From contig NZ_JAQIOZ010000005.1 in assembly GCF_028023675.1 (NCBI RefSeq), forward strand, positions 124,282 through 188,281: 64,000 nt of DNA, given 5' to 3'. Below, piece by piece: positions 39,270 through 50,778 of the stretch (position 1 is the stretch's first letter; the number at the start of each line of letters is the position of its first letter). The DNA comes from Primorskyibacter aestuariivivens. GTDB lineage: Bacteria > Pseudomonadota > Alphaproteobacteria > Rhodobacterales > Rhodobacteraceae. Below the pieces are notes generated by a model. The model was given only the letters and a program-made list of their open reading frames with translations. It ran no database searches and had not been told where the DNA came from. The translations under genes and the position numbers were made by a program.

Positions 39270-41488
39270 CCGCGCACCTCCCGCGCATTGGTCAGATGTT
39301 CGAGAACCTTGTCACGCGGTCCGTCCACCGCCATGCGCCCGTTCTGCAGCACGATGGTGCGCGAGGTCAGCGACAGGATCGGCACCCGGTGCGTGGCGAT
39401 CACCGCCGTGCGCCCCTCAAGCCAGCGCTCCAGCCGCGAGATCAGCGTTTTCTCAAGCGTCTGGTCCAGCGCCGCCGTCGGTTCATCCAAAAGGCACACC
39501 ACCGGGTCCTGCAGCCACAGCCGCGCCCAGCCGATGGATTGCCGCTGACCAATCGACAGGCCCGCCCCGCCGTCGCGAATCTCCAGATCCAGCCCCTTGG
39601 GGTGGGTCTTCACGAATTGCCCAAGCCCCGCGAAATCCAGTGCATCAAAAAGCCGGTCGTCATCCTGCTCCAGCATGTTGAGGTTCAGGTTGTCGCGCAG
39701 CGTGCCGGAAAACAGCCGCACCTCCTGCCCCAGATACCCCACCATGCGGCGAATATCGCGCGGCGCGATCTGTCCCATATCCGTGCCATCCATCAGCACC
39801 CGGCCCGTATGCGGCGCGTAGAGCCCGGTCAGCAGCTTCAACAGCGTGGATTTACCCGAGCCGTTGGCCCCCAGCACCGCCACATGCTGCCCCGGCAGGA
39901 TCGCGATGCCAGAGATGTCCAGCACCGCCGCCGCGTCCTCGTCATAACGGAAGGTCACTTCGCGCAGCTCATAGCCGCCCTGCAATTTTTCGCGACGCAG
40001 GTAGCTGCGGCCCTCGGCCTCGTCCTGCTCGGCCCCGGCCACGCCGTCCAGCCCATCCAGCGCCGCTTTGACATTGCCCCAGCGCGCCATGGTCCCGGCA
40101 AGTTGGGTCAGCGGCGCGAGCGTGCGACCAGTCAGGATGCCCGTGGCGATGATCGAGCCCACGGTGAACTGCCCCTGAAACACGAGGTAGGTCCCGGCGA
40201 TCACCGCGCCCACATAGGTGGCCTGCTGCACGCCCTGGCTCCAGAAGGTCAGGGTCGAGGCCAGCCTGCGTTGATCCGAGGATTTCAGCGCCTGCAGCGC
40301 GGTCAGCTCCTGCCACACCCGGCGGAACCGGTCTTCGCCGCGCTGGGTTTTGATCGTATCAAGCTCCGACACCGCCTCGTGCAACAGCCGCGAGGATTTG
40401 GTCGAGGCCCCCTGCATCTCCTGCGTCAGACGGATCATCTTGCGTTGCAGGAAAAACGACGGCAGCACCATCAGCACGCCGCCCAGCACCAGAACCCAGA
40501 CCACGTTGCCCGCGATGGAAGCCACGATGAGCAGGAAGATGAAAACAAAGGGAATATCGGCCACTGCCCCCACGGTGGACGCGGTGAAAAACTCACGCAC
40601 CGAGCCAAACTCGCGCATAGAGGAGAAAAGCTGCGATGGCGAGCGCCCGGACAGGTCCGAGCGCATGCCCAGAATACGGTCCATCAGCAGGCTCTGGACT
40701 TTCAATTCAATCTGCCGTCCGGCCCCGTCAATGAGCCGCGCCCGCGCGATCTTGAGCGCGGCTTCAAGAAGCAGCGCCAGCCCGGCGCCGGCCGCCAGAA
40801 CCCACAACGTCGCCTGGCTCTGATGCGGGATCACCCGGTCATAGACCTGAAGCGAAAATAACGCCACGGCCACCGCCAGGAGGTTGGCGACCATCGACCC
40901 CAACGCCACTTCGGCGAAATAGCGCGAGAATTTCGGGAACTGCCCCCAGAACCAATGCTTGCGGCGCCTGCCCGTGTCGTGGCTGCGCTCCACCTCAGAG
41001 AGGCTCGCCTCGGCGCGCACGATCTGGCCGGTGAAATAAGGGCGGAATTCAGACAGGTCGACCTCGGCGCGCTTGTCCGCGCGTGAACTGTCATAGATGA
41101 TCAGCGTGTCGCCATTTTGCGCCAGAACCAGCACCCATTGCCCGCTGGTCATTTCCGCCAGCGCGGGCCAGAGGCTGCTTTCAAGCTTTTTCACCGGCTC
41201 GACGACGGACAAAAGCCCTGTTGCCGCAATGGCCTCGGCCAGACTGGCCGCGTCCACGAACCCTTCGCCATCGGCATTGAGCAGCAGCGATTGTTCCAGA
41301 TCAGAGACCAGCACATCACTGCCCAGCAGCCCGGCATAGGTGCGGGCCAGCTCGGCACGGCGATGCACACGCTGATCGCGTTTGGAGACCAGCACAGGGT
41401 CATTGGCAGGTTGCGGCGTGCCCTTGACGGGTCTCAGCCCGCCCTGCGCCGCCATGCGGGGCGCGATGGATTTCAGCCAGCTGCTCAC
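39266..41488 (-). CDS. type I secretion ABC transporter (LapB/HlyB-like) with N-terminal C39-like extension
   Basis: 740 aa; ~150-aa N-terminal extension, TMD, Walker A GANGSGKST, signature LSIGQRQSIGWARL, Walker B CLLDEPTAALD. Confidence 0.85.
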   Translation of the reverse strand: MSSWLKSIAPRMAAQGGLRPVKGTPQPANDPVLVSKRDQRVHRRAELARTYAGLLGSDVLVSDLEQSLLLNADGEGFVDAASLAEAIAATGLLSVVEPVKKLESSLWPALAEMTSGQWVLVLAQNGDTLIIYDSSRADKRAEVDLSEFRPYFTGQIVRAEASLSEVERSHDTGRRRKHWFWGQFPKFSRYFAEVALGSMVANLLAVAVALFSLQVYDRVIPHQSQATLWVLAAGAGLALLLEAALKIARARLIDGAGRQIELKVQSLLMDRILGMRSDLSGRSPSQLFSSMREFGSVREFFTASTVGAVADIPFVFIFLLIVASIAGNVVWVLVLGGVLMVLPSFFLQRKMIRLTQEMQGASTKSSRLLHEAVSELDTIKTQRGEDRFRRVWQELTALQALKSSDQRRLASTLTFWSQGVQQATYVGAVIAGTYLVFQGQFTVGSIIATGILTGRTLAPLTQLAGTMARWGNVKAALDGLDGVAGAEQDEAEGRSYLRREKLQGGYELREVTFRYDEDAAAVLDISGIAILPGQHVAVLGANGSGKSTLLKLLTGLYAPHTGRVLMDGTDMGQIAPRDIRRMVGYLGQEVRLFSGTLRDNLNLNMLEQDDDRLFDALDFAGLGQFVKTHPKGLDLEIRDGGAGLSIGQRQSIGWARLWLQDPVVCLLDEPTAALDQTLEKTLISRLERWLEGRTAVIATHRVPILSLTSRTIVLQNGRMAVDGPRDKVLEHLTNAREVRG

Positions 41489-42861
41489 ACGTCTCGCCCA
41501 TCGGCCAGCAGGCCAAGATCACGGGCAATCGCGATCTGGACCCGGGCAAGGTCGTATTTCAGGCGCAGCGCGGTCTGGGTCTGCTTGGCCCATGTCTCAT
41601 AGACGCCGACCACATCCATGACCTGCCGCGCGCCGCCCTTGTACTGGGCCTGAAACAGATCAAGGTTGCGTTTGGCCGCGCGGGCCAGCTTGTTGGCCTC
41701 GACCAGTTGCATGGCCAGCGCGCTTTCGCGTTCGCGCAGCGATGCGATCTGGCGATTGGCGTCTTCCTTCGCCTGCGTGACCTTGCGGCCCGCCGCTTCC
41801 TTGGCGGCCTCGATGGCCTTGAGACTGGACACGGTGCCAAGCCCCAGCATCTGGTCGGCTTTCAGCGCCGCACCATAATCGACGCCGTCGCCGGTGACCG
41901 ACGCGCTGGCGCTGAGCCCCGGCAGGTGGGAGGCGCGTTCAATACGCACCTGTGCCACCGTGCGGTCGCGCTCGGCCTGCGCCTTGAGCACCGACAGCGG
42001 TTCCGCCCCGCGCCCATTGACATCCATCGCGGGCACACCGTGCAACCCATCCAGAGGACGCCCGGCCATCGCCGCCAGTTCCGCATGCGCGGCCTTGCGC
42101 TCCCCTGCCGCCGCGTCGCGTTCGGCGCGGATCTCGGCCAGTTTCTGGCGAATGATATTGAGGTCAGAGCGGTCCGAGACGCCGCCATTCACCCGCTCGT
42201 TCATGATCCATTCGAAATGGCTCATGTCTTCCAGCGACCTGTCCGCCACGGCGATCTTTTCGCGCCCTTCCTCGGCGGCGAGATAGAGGGTCAGCGAGTC
42301 ATGCACACGGTTGTTGCTGTCCTCGGACAGCGCGACGGCGGCCAGTTCGACGTCATGCGCGGCGTAGTCGCGCTCGGCCTTTTTGCGGCCATTGTCGAAC
42401 AAGACCTGTTCGATCAGCAGCGAGGTCACGAATTCGCCAAGAGAGTTCAGGGAAATATTCGGTCCGATACGGGGCAGCCAGTTCTTGGACGCCGCTTCGG
42501 CCCGGAGCCGCGCGCCGCGCAGCTCGGCCTCGGCGGTGCGCGCAGAGCTGGCCATCACGGCAGCGGCCACGCGGCCATAGGCCCCTTCGGGATGCAGCAC
42601 CGAACGGCGGCTCTGCAATGTCGTGATAACGTCTGACGCCGCTTCGCGCCTGGCCATCGCGGTTTTGCGCGGCTGTGTTTCGCTGTCCTGAATCAGTTTC
42701 CCGCTGGGTCCCGATTGCATGAACCGGGTCACCGCGTTGTCCCCTCCGGTCTCCGCGCCCATGCAACCTGCAAGCACCAGCGCCGCCGGGATCATGCCCG
42801 CGAAATGTACCGCCCGTTTTGCTGTCCGCCTCATTTGCGCTTCGCCTTTCGCGCTTATCAT
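41485..42861 (-). CDS. TolC-family outer membrane channel
   Basis: Signal peptide; two TolC repeat halves; 4-nt overlap with the ABC gene. Confidence 0.8.
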   Translation of the reverse strand: MISAKGEAQMRRTAKRAVHFAGMIPAALVLAGCMGAETGGDNAVTRFMQSGPSGKLIQDSETQPRKTAMARREAASDVITTLQSRRSVLHPEGAYGRVAAAVMASSARTAEAELRGARLRAEAASKNWLPRIGPNISLNSLGEFVTSLLIEQVLFDNGRKKAERDYAAHDVELAAVALSEDSNNRVHDSLTLYLAAEEGREKIAVADRSLEDMSHFEWIMNERVNGGVSDRSDLNIIRQKLAEIRAERDAAAGERKAAHAELAAMAGRPLDGLHGVPAMDVNGRGAEPLSVLKAQAERDRTVAQVRIERASHLPGLSASASVTGDGVDYGAALKADQMLGLGTVSSLKAIEAAKEAAGRKVTQAKEDANRQIASLRERESALAMQLVEANKLARAAKRNLDLFQAQYKGGARQVMDVVGVYETWAKQTQTALRLKYDLARVQIAIARDLGLLADGRDV

Positions 42862-42913
42862 TATTGGGGATGTCGCGGCCTTTGCAGGGCCGCGACACCA
42901 CTCGGCGTTATGC

Positions 42914-45900
42914 TCAGATCACCACAGTGGTGATGTCCTCGTCGACCAGCACAGTGGCATCGCCGAGGCTGTATTCAACAAAGCTTTCTCCATCTTCGTT
43001 TGTGACGGTGCCCACGCGGGTTGCGCCGGTGATCGTGACGCTGTCATCCGCACCGCCGTAAACCGTAACTGTATCGGTCTCGCTCGACAGGGCGATGATG
43101 TCCTCTTCGGTCAGGGTCAGATCAGCCTCTTCCGCAAACTCAAGGTCGATGGTCTCGACATTATGCGCGCCCAGTCCCGGGTTGCTCATGTCGACATGCG
43201 TTCCCGGCGTCTCGTCATCCAGCACAAGATAGGTCGAGCGCGTGTTGCCCGCGTCATCCGTGCCGCTCACGATCAGGTCGGACCCATCCGGTACATTCTG
43301 CGAGAAGTAATAGTTCGTCTCGCCAATCGCCGGAACATCCACCACCGACATGGGCACATCCGAAATCACACCGCCCGCCGACACCTGCAGGATGTCCTGC
43401 GTATCATCGACCAGAGCGGTCGAGATGCCGCGCAGGCCGCCATCGTCGCGGGTGAAGCTTTCCACGGTGGGGGATTCCGGTGCCTCGGTATCGATGCGCA
43501 GGGTCTCGGTCACCGTGTCGGTATTGCCGGCCGCATCCGTTGCCGTGACCTCGAACACCGCGTCATAGTCGCCGCGCGGCACATCAGCCGACGGGATATC
43601 GAGCGTCCAGCTGCCGTTCGGCGCAACGCTCGCGGTGTAATCCGCGCCATTGAAGCGCACCACCACCGACGATCCCGCCTCGACCATACCGGTCAGGGTC
43701 AGCGCATTGCCCGATGACAGCTCATCCGCGTTCACAACCCCATCGGCACCTGCCGACGAGCCGCTTACGTCGATCTGGTTCACAAAGGTGTCGACGCGCA
43801 CGTCCTGACTTGTCGTGGCGACGTTGCCCGCGACATCGGTGCTGACGACCTCAACCGTGGTGTCATATTCACCGGCGGCAATGGAACCATCGGGGAACAG
43901 GGCAGTCCAGCTGCCATCCGCGGCAACCGTGGCTTCCTGGGTCACGCCTTCGATGGTGACAAAGACGGTGGCCCCTGGTTCGGTCGTACCGGTGACGGTA
44001 ACGCCTGCTGCGGCTTCGTCGGCGTTGATCACATCGTCGACACCCACCGCCACATCATTGATGGCAAAGTTATCGACTTGCGTGTCCACATGGACCGTGT
44101 CGCTGACCTCAAGCGTGTTGCCCGCCGCATCTGTGATTTGCGCCGTGATATCAGCGTCATAGGTGCCGGGTGGAATCTCGCCATGGGCAAAGGTCGTGGA
44201 CCAGTTACCATCGGCATCGGTCAGCGCGGTGCGCGTGGCACCGCCCAGCGTCACCGTAACCACGGCCCCCGGATCGGAGGTGCCCGAGATCACCACGCCA
44301 TCGGCGGCTTCCTCGGCATTGACGATGTCATCGCCCTCGATGGGATCGGGGGACAGGGTCAGCGTACCCGCAACCGTGTCGAATTCCACATCCTGCGTCT
44401 CGACGCGCGTGTTGCCCGCCGCGTCGGTCGCGGTCATGGTCATTGTCGCCGTGACCTCGCCACTGGGCAGGTCCGCCGCATCAAAGCTCACGGTCCAGTT
44501 GCCATTGGCATCCACGGTGGCCGTGCGGCTCACACCGTCCAGATCGACGACCAGCTGGCTGCCCGGTTCCACCGTCCCGGTCAGAACCAGACCCTGCGCC
44601 GCCTCTTCGGCGTTGACCACGCCATCCGCACCGCCCGGGGTGCTGGTCGAGGTGAGATCATTGACCAATGTGTCCACATCAACCGATCCGGTGGTCGTGC
44701 TTTCATTGCCCGCCGCATCCGTTGCGGTGACGCTGACGGCCATATCCGTCTCGCCGGTCGGCACGTCGCTGGCTGCGAATGTCGCAACCCAGTTGCCATC
44801 CGCATCCGCGATGGTCGTGACGGTGACACCGGCCATGGTGACCGCCACCGACGATCCGGGCTCTGCCGTCCCGGTCAGTTGCACACCATCGCTGCGCTCG
44901 TCGGCATTGACCACACCGTCGGTTTCAACCGTGTCGTCATTGACGGTGACATAGCCCTCGGTATCGATATTGAGATCACCGGTCTGGGTGCTGGTATTGC
45001 CCGCCGCATCGGTGGCTGTCGCCGTGACTTCCAGAGTATGCGTACCGCCAGGGATCTCGGACGCGGCAAAGGTCACGCTCCAGTTGCCATTGGCATCGAC
45101 CGTGGCCGTATGGGATACATCGCCCACCTGCACCTCGACCGTGGAGCCGGGCTGCGTGGTCCCGGTCAGGGTCACGCCCTGCGACAGTTCCTGCTCGTTG
45201 AGAACCTCGCCCGAGCCGGTCAGGCCGCTGACGATCTCAATCTCGGCAACCGTGTCGACGCGGATCGTGCCGCTGGTCGAGCTTGCGTTGCCCGCCGCAT
45301 CGACGGAGGTGGCGGTGATCTCGGCGTCATATTCGGCATCCGCAAAGCTGTCTGCGGCCAGATCGAAGGACCAGTTGCCGGACGCATCCGCGACAACGTT
45401 TGTCGTGACGCCGGCAACGGTGACGGCCACATCGGCCCCCGGGGTTGCGGTGCCAGTGATCGTCACTACGCCGCCCGCCTCGGCATCGTTGACAACGCCG
45501 TCACCGGCCACAGCGGCGGTTGCGATGCTGAGATCGTTGGGAACCGTGTCGACTTCGAGCGTCTGCGTGATCGTCGTTGTGTTGCCAAAGCTATCGGCGG
45601 TGACAATCGTGACATCGGTCGTGTATTCGCCGGTCGCGATCTCGGAGGAGGAGAAATCGACGCTCCAGTCGCCGTTTGCATCGACAACCGTGTCGTGGGT
45701 CACGCCATCAATGGTGACCGAGACGGATGCACCCGCCTCGCCCGTGCCAGTTACGGTCACACCATCGGGATGCGCCTCAAGGTTCACGAGATCGCCAACC
45801 TCGGCTGTGCCTTCGGTCACGTCGACATTTGGCGGCGTGAGGTCGATCAGAACCTCCGGCCCGGTCAGGGTGGCGGTGTTGGTGCCATCCGTCACGGTCA

Positions 45901-46984
45901 CGCTGGCGGTATAAGACCCGTCCGCCGGGAAATCAGCGCCCTCAAAGGTGGCGGTCCAATTTCCATCCGCATCAATAATGGTGGATACGGTGATACCGCC
46001 AATGGTCACATTGACCTCGTCACCGGGATCGCCGGTGCCGGTGACGGTGATCACCTCGATCGCATCGTCACCGCCAATGGTGACGGCAGTATCGTCCACG
46101 GTCGGCTGGGTCCAGGGATCGTCACCCGGCCCCGTATCGTCGCCCGGTCCGGTGTCGTCGCCGGGACCTGTATCGTCGCCCGGTCCGGTATCATCACCCG
46201 GTCCAGTGTCATCACCCGGTCCAGTGTCATCACCCGGTCCAGTGTCATCGCCCGGTCCGGTATCATCACCCGGTCCAGTGTCGTCGCCCGGTCCGGTATC
46301 GTCGCCCGGTCCGGTATCGTCGCCCGGCCCGGTGTCATCACCCGGTTCAGTGTCGTCACCCGGTCCGGTATCATCGCCGCCACCGCCAGGGGTGGTATCG
46401 TCACCGCCACCGGGCGTCGTGTCATCGCCGCCACCGCCAGACCCACCAGAGCCACCGCCACCGCCGCCAACGACAGCAGCGCCGACCGCAGCGGCCCCCG
46501 CCGCGCCCGCAGCGCCAAGCATCGAACCGCCGCCCAAAAGACCCGCGGCCAGCATCGACACGTCATTGTCACCGGCGGCAACCGTTTCCGCGGACACCAC
46601 TTCCGGGCGCCCGTAATGGATCAGCGCATCATCCGGGCTCCATTTGCCCCATTCCGCGCTTTGGCCGTATTCGGCAAACAGGACGCCGTCACTGCCTTCG
46701 GCAAAGAAAACCTCGTGCAGGGTTCCATCGGAGCTGATGAACAGCCGAGGCTCTTCGCCCTGCCCCGAGAAATAGCCCTCCAGGACGATAATGCGCCCGT
46801 CGGCCAGCACCATGTGCAGATCATCACCAACCCGGCTGTATCCGCGCATATCAGATTGAGACAAGTTGAAGGAAACTTCAGCCCCTGACGACATAATGAT
46901 CGTCGTCTGCTCGGCGCCCGCCTGTACCACATCACGCCCAGCCACGCCCGCAGGAGTGCGGACGACATAATCTATCGCATTCAT
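42914..46984 (-). CDS. giant repetitive type I-secreted adhesin (LapA/RTX-adhesin-like)
   Basis: 1356 aa, no signal peptide. It has an N-terminal ~130-aa module followed by a Gly/Ala linker. Next comes a 16x GPGDDT array and ~10 tandem ~95-100-aa Ig-like repeats (..TATDAAGN..VDTV..). It ends in an acidic C-terminal segment with partial RTX-like GGxDD motifs, consistent with a C-terminal T1SS signal. Confidence 0.8.
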   Translation of the reverse strand: MNAIDYVVRTPAGVAGRDVVQAGAEQTTIIMSSGAEVSFNLSQSDMRGYSRVGDDLHMVLADGRIIVLEGYFSGQGEEPRLFISSDGTLHEVFFAEGSDGVLFAEYGQSAEWGKWSPDDALIHYGRPEVVSAETVAAGDNDVSMLAAGLLGGGSMLGAAGAAGAAAVGAAVVGGGGGGSGGSGGGGDDTTPGGGDDTTPGGGGDDTGPGDDTEPGDDTGPGDDTGPGDDTGPGDDTGPGDDTGPGDDTGPGDDTGPGDDTGPGDDTGPGDDTGPGDDTGPGDDTGPGDDPWTQPTVDDTAVTIGGDDAIEVITVTGTGDPGDEVNVTIGGITVSTIIDADGNWTATFEGADFPADGSYTASVTVTDGTNTATLTGPEVLIDLTPPNVDVTEGTAEVGDLVNLEAHPDGVTVTGTGEAGASVSVTIDGVTHDTVVDANGDWSVDFSSSEIATGEYTTDVTIVTADSFGNTTTITQTLEVDTVPNDLSIATAAVAGDGVVNDAEAGGVVTITGTATPGADVAVTVAGVTTNVVADASGNWSFDLAADSFADAEYDAEITATSVDAAGNASSTSGTIRVDTVAEIEIVSGLTGSGEVLNEQELSQGVTLTGTTQPGSTVEVQVGDVSHTATVDANGNWSVTFAASEIPGGTHTLEVTATATDAAGNTSTQTGDLNIDTEGYVTVNDDTVETDGVVNADERSDGVQLTGTAEPGSSVAVTMAGVTVTTIADADGNWVATFAASDVPTGETDMAVSVTATDAAGNESTTTGSVDVDTLVNDLTSTSTPGGADGVVNAEEAAQGLVLTGTVEPGSQLVVDLDGVSRTATVDANGNWTVSFDAADLPSGEVTATMTMTATDAAGNTRVETQDVEFDTVAGTLTLSPDPIEGDDIVNAEEAADGVVISGTSDPGAVVTVTLGGATRTALTDADGNWSTTFAHGEIPPGTYDADITAQITDAAGNTLEVSDTVHVDTQVDNFAINDVAVGVDDVINADEAAAGVTVTGTTEPGATVFVTIEGVTQEATVAADGSWTALFPDGSIAAGEYDTTVEVVSTDVAGNVATTSQDVRVDTFVNQIDVSGSSAGADGVVNADELSSGNALTLTGMVEAGSSVVVRFNGADYTASVAPNGSWTLDIPSADVPRGDYDAVFEVTATDAAGNTDTVTETLRIDTEAPESPTVESFTRDDGGLRGISTALVDDTQDILQVSAGGVISDVPMSVVDVPAIGETNYYFSQNVPDGSDLIVSGTDDAGNTRSTYLVLDDETPGTHVDMSNPGLGAHNVETIDLEFAEEADLTLTEEDIIALSSETDTVTVYGGADDSVTITGATRVGTVTNEDGESFVEYSLGDATVLVDEDITTVVI
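46114..46378. repeat. tandem 18-bp coding repeat (~15 units; GPGDDT hexapeptide array) inside the adhesin gene
   Basis: Units cccggtccggtgtcgtcg / cccggtccagtgtcatca repeated head-to-tail. Confidence 0.8.
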
Positions 46985-47326
46985 AACTACACCGCTCTAC
47001 CCAATGCGGCCATTCTGTGCGGCCGCTTCGTTTTGATTGTTTTCGGGATACTCGATTTCCCCGCCCCAAAAAAGTCTAAATTCCTTGAAAATGCCATTTT
47101 TCGCGGGGAATCCAGTGACATCCGCCGCAGAACTGATGTGGACAGCTTTGGATTTTCACGCGGCGCGAATTGCGTTTCGCCATTAAAACAAGGACGCGGA
47201 AGCGCATCACATCGACGCCAAGATTGCGCCTCACGGATTTCCGGATATTCGCCAAGACACCCGGCAACGCCCCCTTAAGCAGAGGGGGTTGTGGCATCTG
47301 CGCAACGTTGGCGGGACATAGCTGGC

Positions 47327-47403
47327 TGGCGATCCCTGAAGGACTCGAACCCTCAACCTGCTGATTAGAAGTCAGCTGCTCTATCCAGTTGAGCTAAGGG
47401 ACC
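47327..47403 (-). tRNA. tRNA-Arg (anticodon TCT)
   Basis: rc reads GGTCCCT-TA-GCTCAACTGGATAGAGC-A-GCTGA-CTTCTAA-TCAGC-AGGTT-GAGGG-TTCGAGT-CCTTC-AGGGATC-G-CCA. Confidence 0.85.
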
Positions 47404-47444
47404 GCTGGACTCTATCTGCCCAATCCGCCGCTGCGGGGCAAGTC

Positions 47445-47740
47445 TCAAAGCGCATTCAAAAGCGCGCGCCTTACGCCCGCGCCACGCGCCTCTTCGGCGG
47501 AATGCATGCTTTTCAGCTCGGCATGATCCGCATCAAGCGCCTTGATCGCGCCAACGCCGACGATCCGCGCCCTGGTCCTGCAGGCCAGCACGGTACATCC
47601 GGTAGCGATCAATTCATGCTCAGTCAGAACGTGACAGCTTTCCTCGGGACTGCTGGCGCGCATCAACGCGTGATGGTGCCGCAAAAGTCCGGACACCTCG
47701 GGGGGTCCATCGGTCACGCGAAAAATATCGGGACCCTTCA
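47445..47740 (-). pseudogene. GNAT N-acetyltransferase, apparently 3'-truncated just after motif A
   Basis: IFRVTDGPPEVSGLLRHHHALMRASSPEESCHVL..ARIVGVGAIKALDADHAELKSMHSAEEARGAGVRRALLNAL-stop. The protein ends right after the Q/R-x-x-G-x-G/A motif, with no motif B. The stop lies ~40 nt from tRNA-Arg, and a probable TTG start abuts the neighbouring gene. Confidence 0.4.
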
Positions 47741-48049
47741 ATGTGTCCAGGGGCTGCGCCGGTCGACGGCAAAATTCTCGGCATAGCCGCGCGCGCGGAT
47801 ATTGGGCTTGCGGGTCTTCGGCTCGAACACCTGCGCGTCGATGCCATGATCCTTGGCATAGTCCAGAGCGGCCTCTTTGCTGTCGAATTTCAACCGCACC
47901 TGCGCCTGGGTGTCCGAGCTGGATGTCCAGCCCATGAGCGGATCCACTTCGCGCGGCGACGAGGGCGCAAATTCCAGCACCCATTGCCGGGTTTTCGCGG
48001 TGCCCGACTGCATGGCGTTACGGGCCGGTTTGTAAATGCGTGCGCGCAT
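47738..48049 (-). CDS. ETC complex I subunit conserved region (NDUFS4-like) protein
   Basis: ~103 aa from [47 protein letters not shown]; start ATG 48049. Confidence 0.65.
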   Translation of the reverse strand: MRARIYKPARNAMQSGTAKTRQWVLEFAPSSPREVDPLMGWTSSSDTQAQVRLKFDSKEAALDYAKDHGIDAQVFEPKTRKPNIRARGYAENFAVDRRSPWTH

Positions 48050-48522
48050 GATGAATCCTCCGGAATCTGACCGTGTTATCCGGGAAAACCACGCCACGCG
48101 CAAGGGCGTGACGTCGGGGGTTGAGAATTGCGGAGATGCCGCAAGCAGGGCTTGGCTACCACATACATCGCGGGGAGCGAGGGGTGGGTAATGCGACGCA
48201 ACAGCAACCAAGCCCGCTGCTTGCAACAGTATTGTGACACAGATGGCATGGATTCGGAAAATGAAATTGCGCGATGGCGCATTTTTAATCGCCTCGCACA
48301 AAATACATGATGCATGGCAAATGCGCCTTTAAAAACAGGCGTATTTCCCTGTTTTATCGGCATGCTCCGTATCAAGCGGCATACTGACGCATATGACAGG
48401 TCCCGCACGCGGTCTCGATGTCATGAAAGACCTCCCGACATAACCTGTCAGGGTGTTGGGCCTCCTGCCCTTGAAACAGAGCGCGATTTCCCCAAGTGTA
48501 GACGCTCTCTGGGGAGCCATTC

Positions 48523-50717
<2,195 letters not shown>

Positions 50718-50721
<4 letters not shown>

Positions 50722-50778
50722 GGTGGGCAGTCCTGCCCACCTTTGGCGCAAGGATGGTGGGCAGGACTGCCCACCCTA
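50718..50778. repeat. inverted REP pair (BIME-like): GTAGGGTGGGCAGTCCTGCCCACC ..13 nt.. GGTGGGCAGGACTGCCCACCCTAC
   Basis: Each unit is itself a hairpin; the pair spans the uvrB stop and the RAYT stop. Confidence 0.8.

Noticed and set aside
39251-40861. 536-aa plus-strand ORF.
   Set aside because: Antisense to the T1SS ABC transporter gene.
46114-46378. Regular short direct repeats that could be mistaken for a CRISPR array.
   Set aside because: Units are 18 bp with no spacers and are in-frame coding (GPGDDT), inside a long ORF. Not CRISPR.
44078-46888. 936-aa plus-strand ORF and other long ORFs antisense to the adhesin.
   Set aside because: They are generated by the repetitive high-GC adhesin coding sequence. 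The composition is Arg/Gly-rich with no domain, opposite a well-supported gene.
47445-47984. Full 179-aa GNAT ORF as drawn in the track.
   Set aside because: The N-terminal ~80 codons overlap the NDUFS4-like gene and have junk composition. Only the region from ~47740 down is GNAT-like, and it appears truncated.
48050-48522. Searched the uvrB upstream region for an alphaproteobacterial SOS box (GTTC-N7-GTTC).
   Set aside because: No match found by eye. Only a short AACAGG..CCTGTT hairpin, so no LexA site is claimed.
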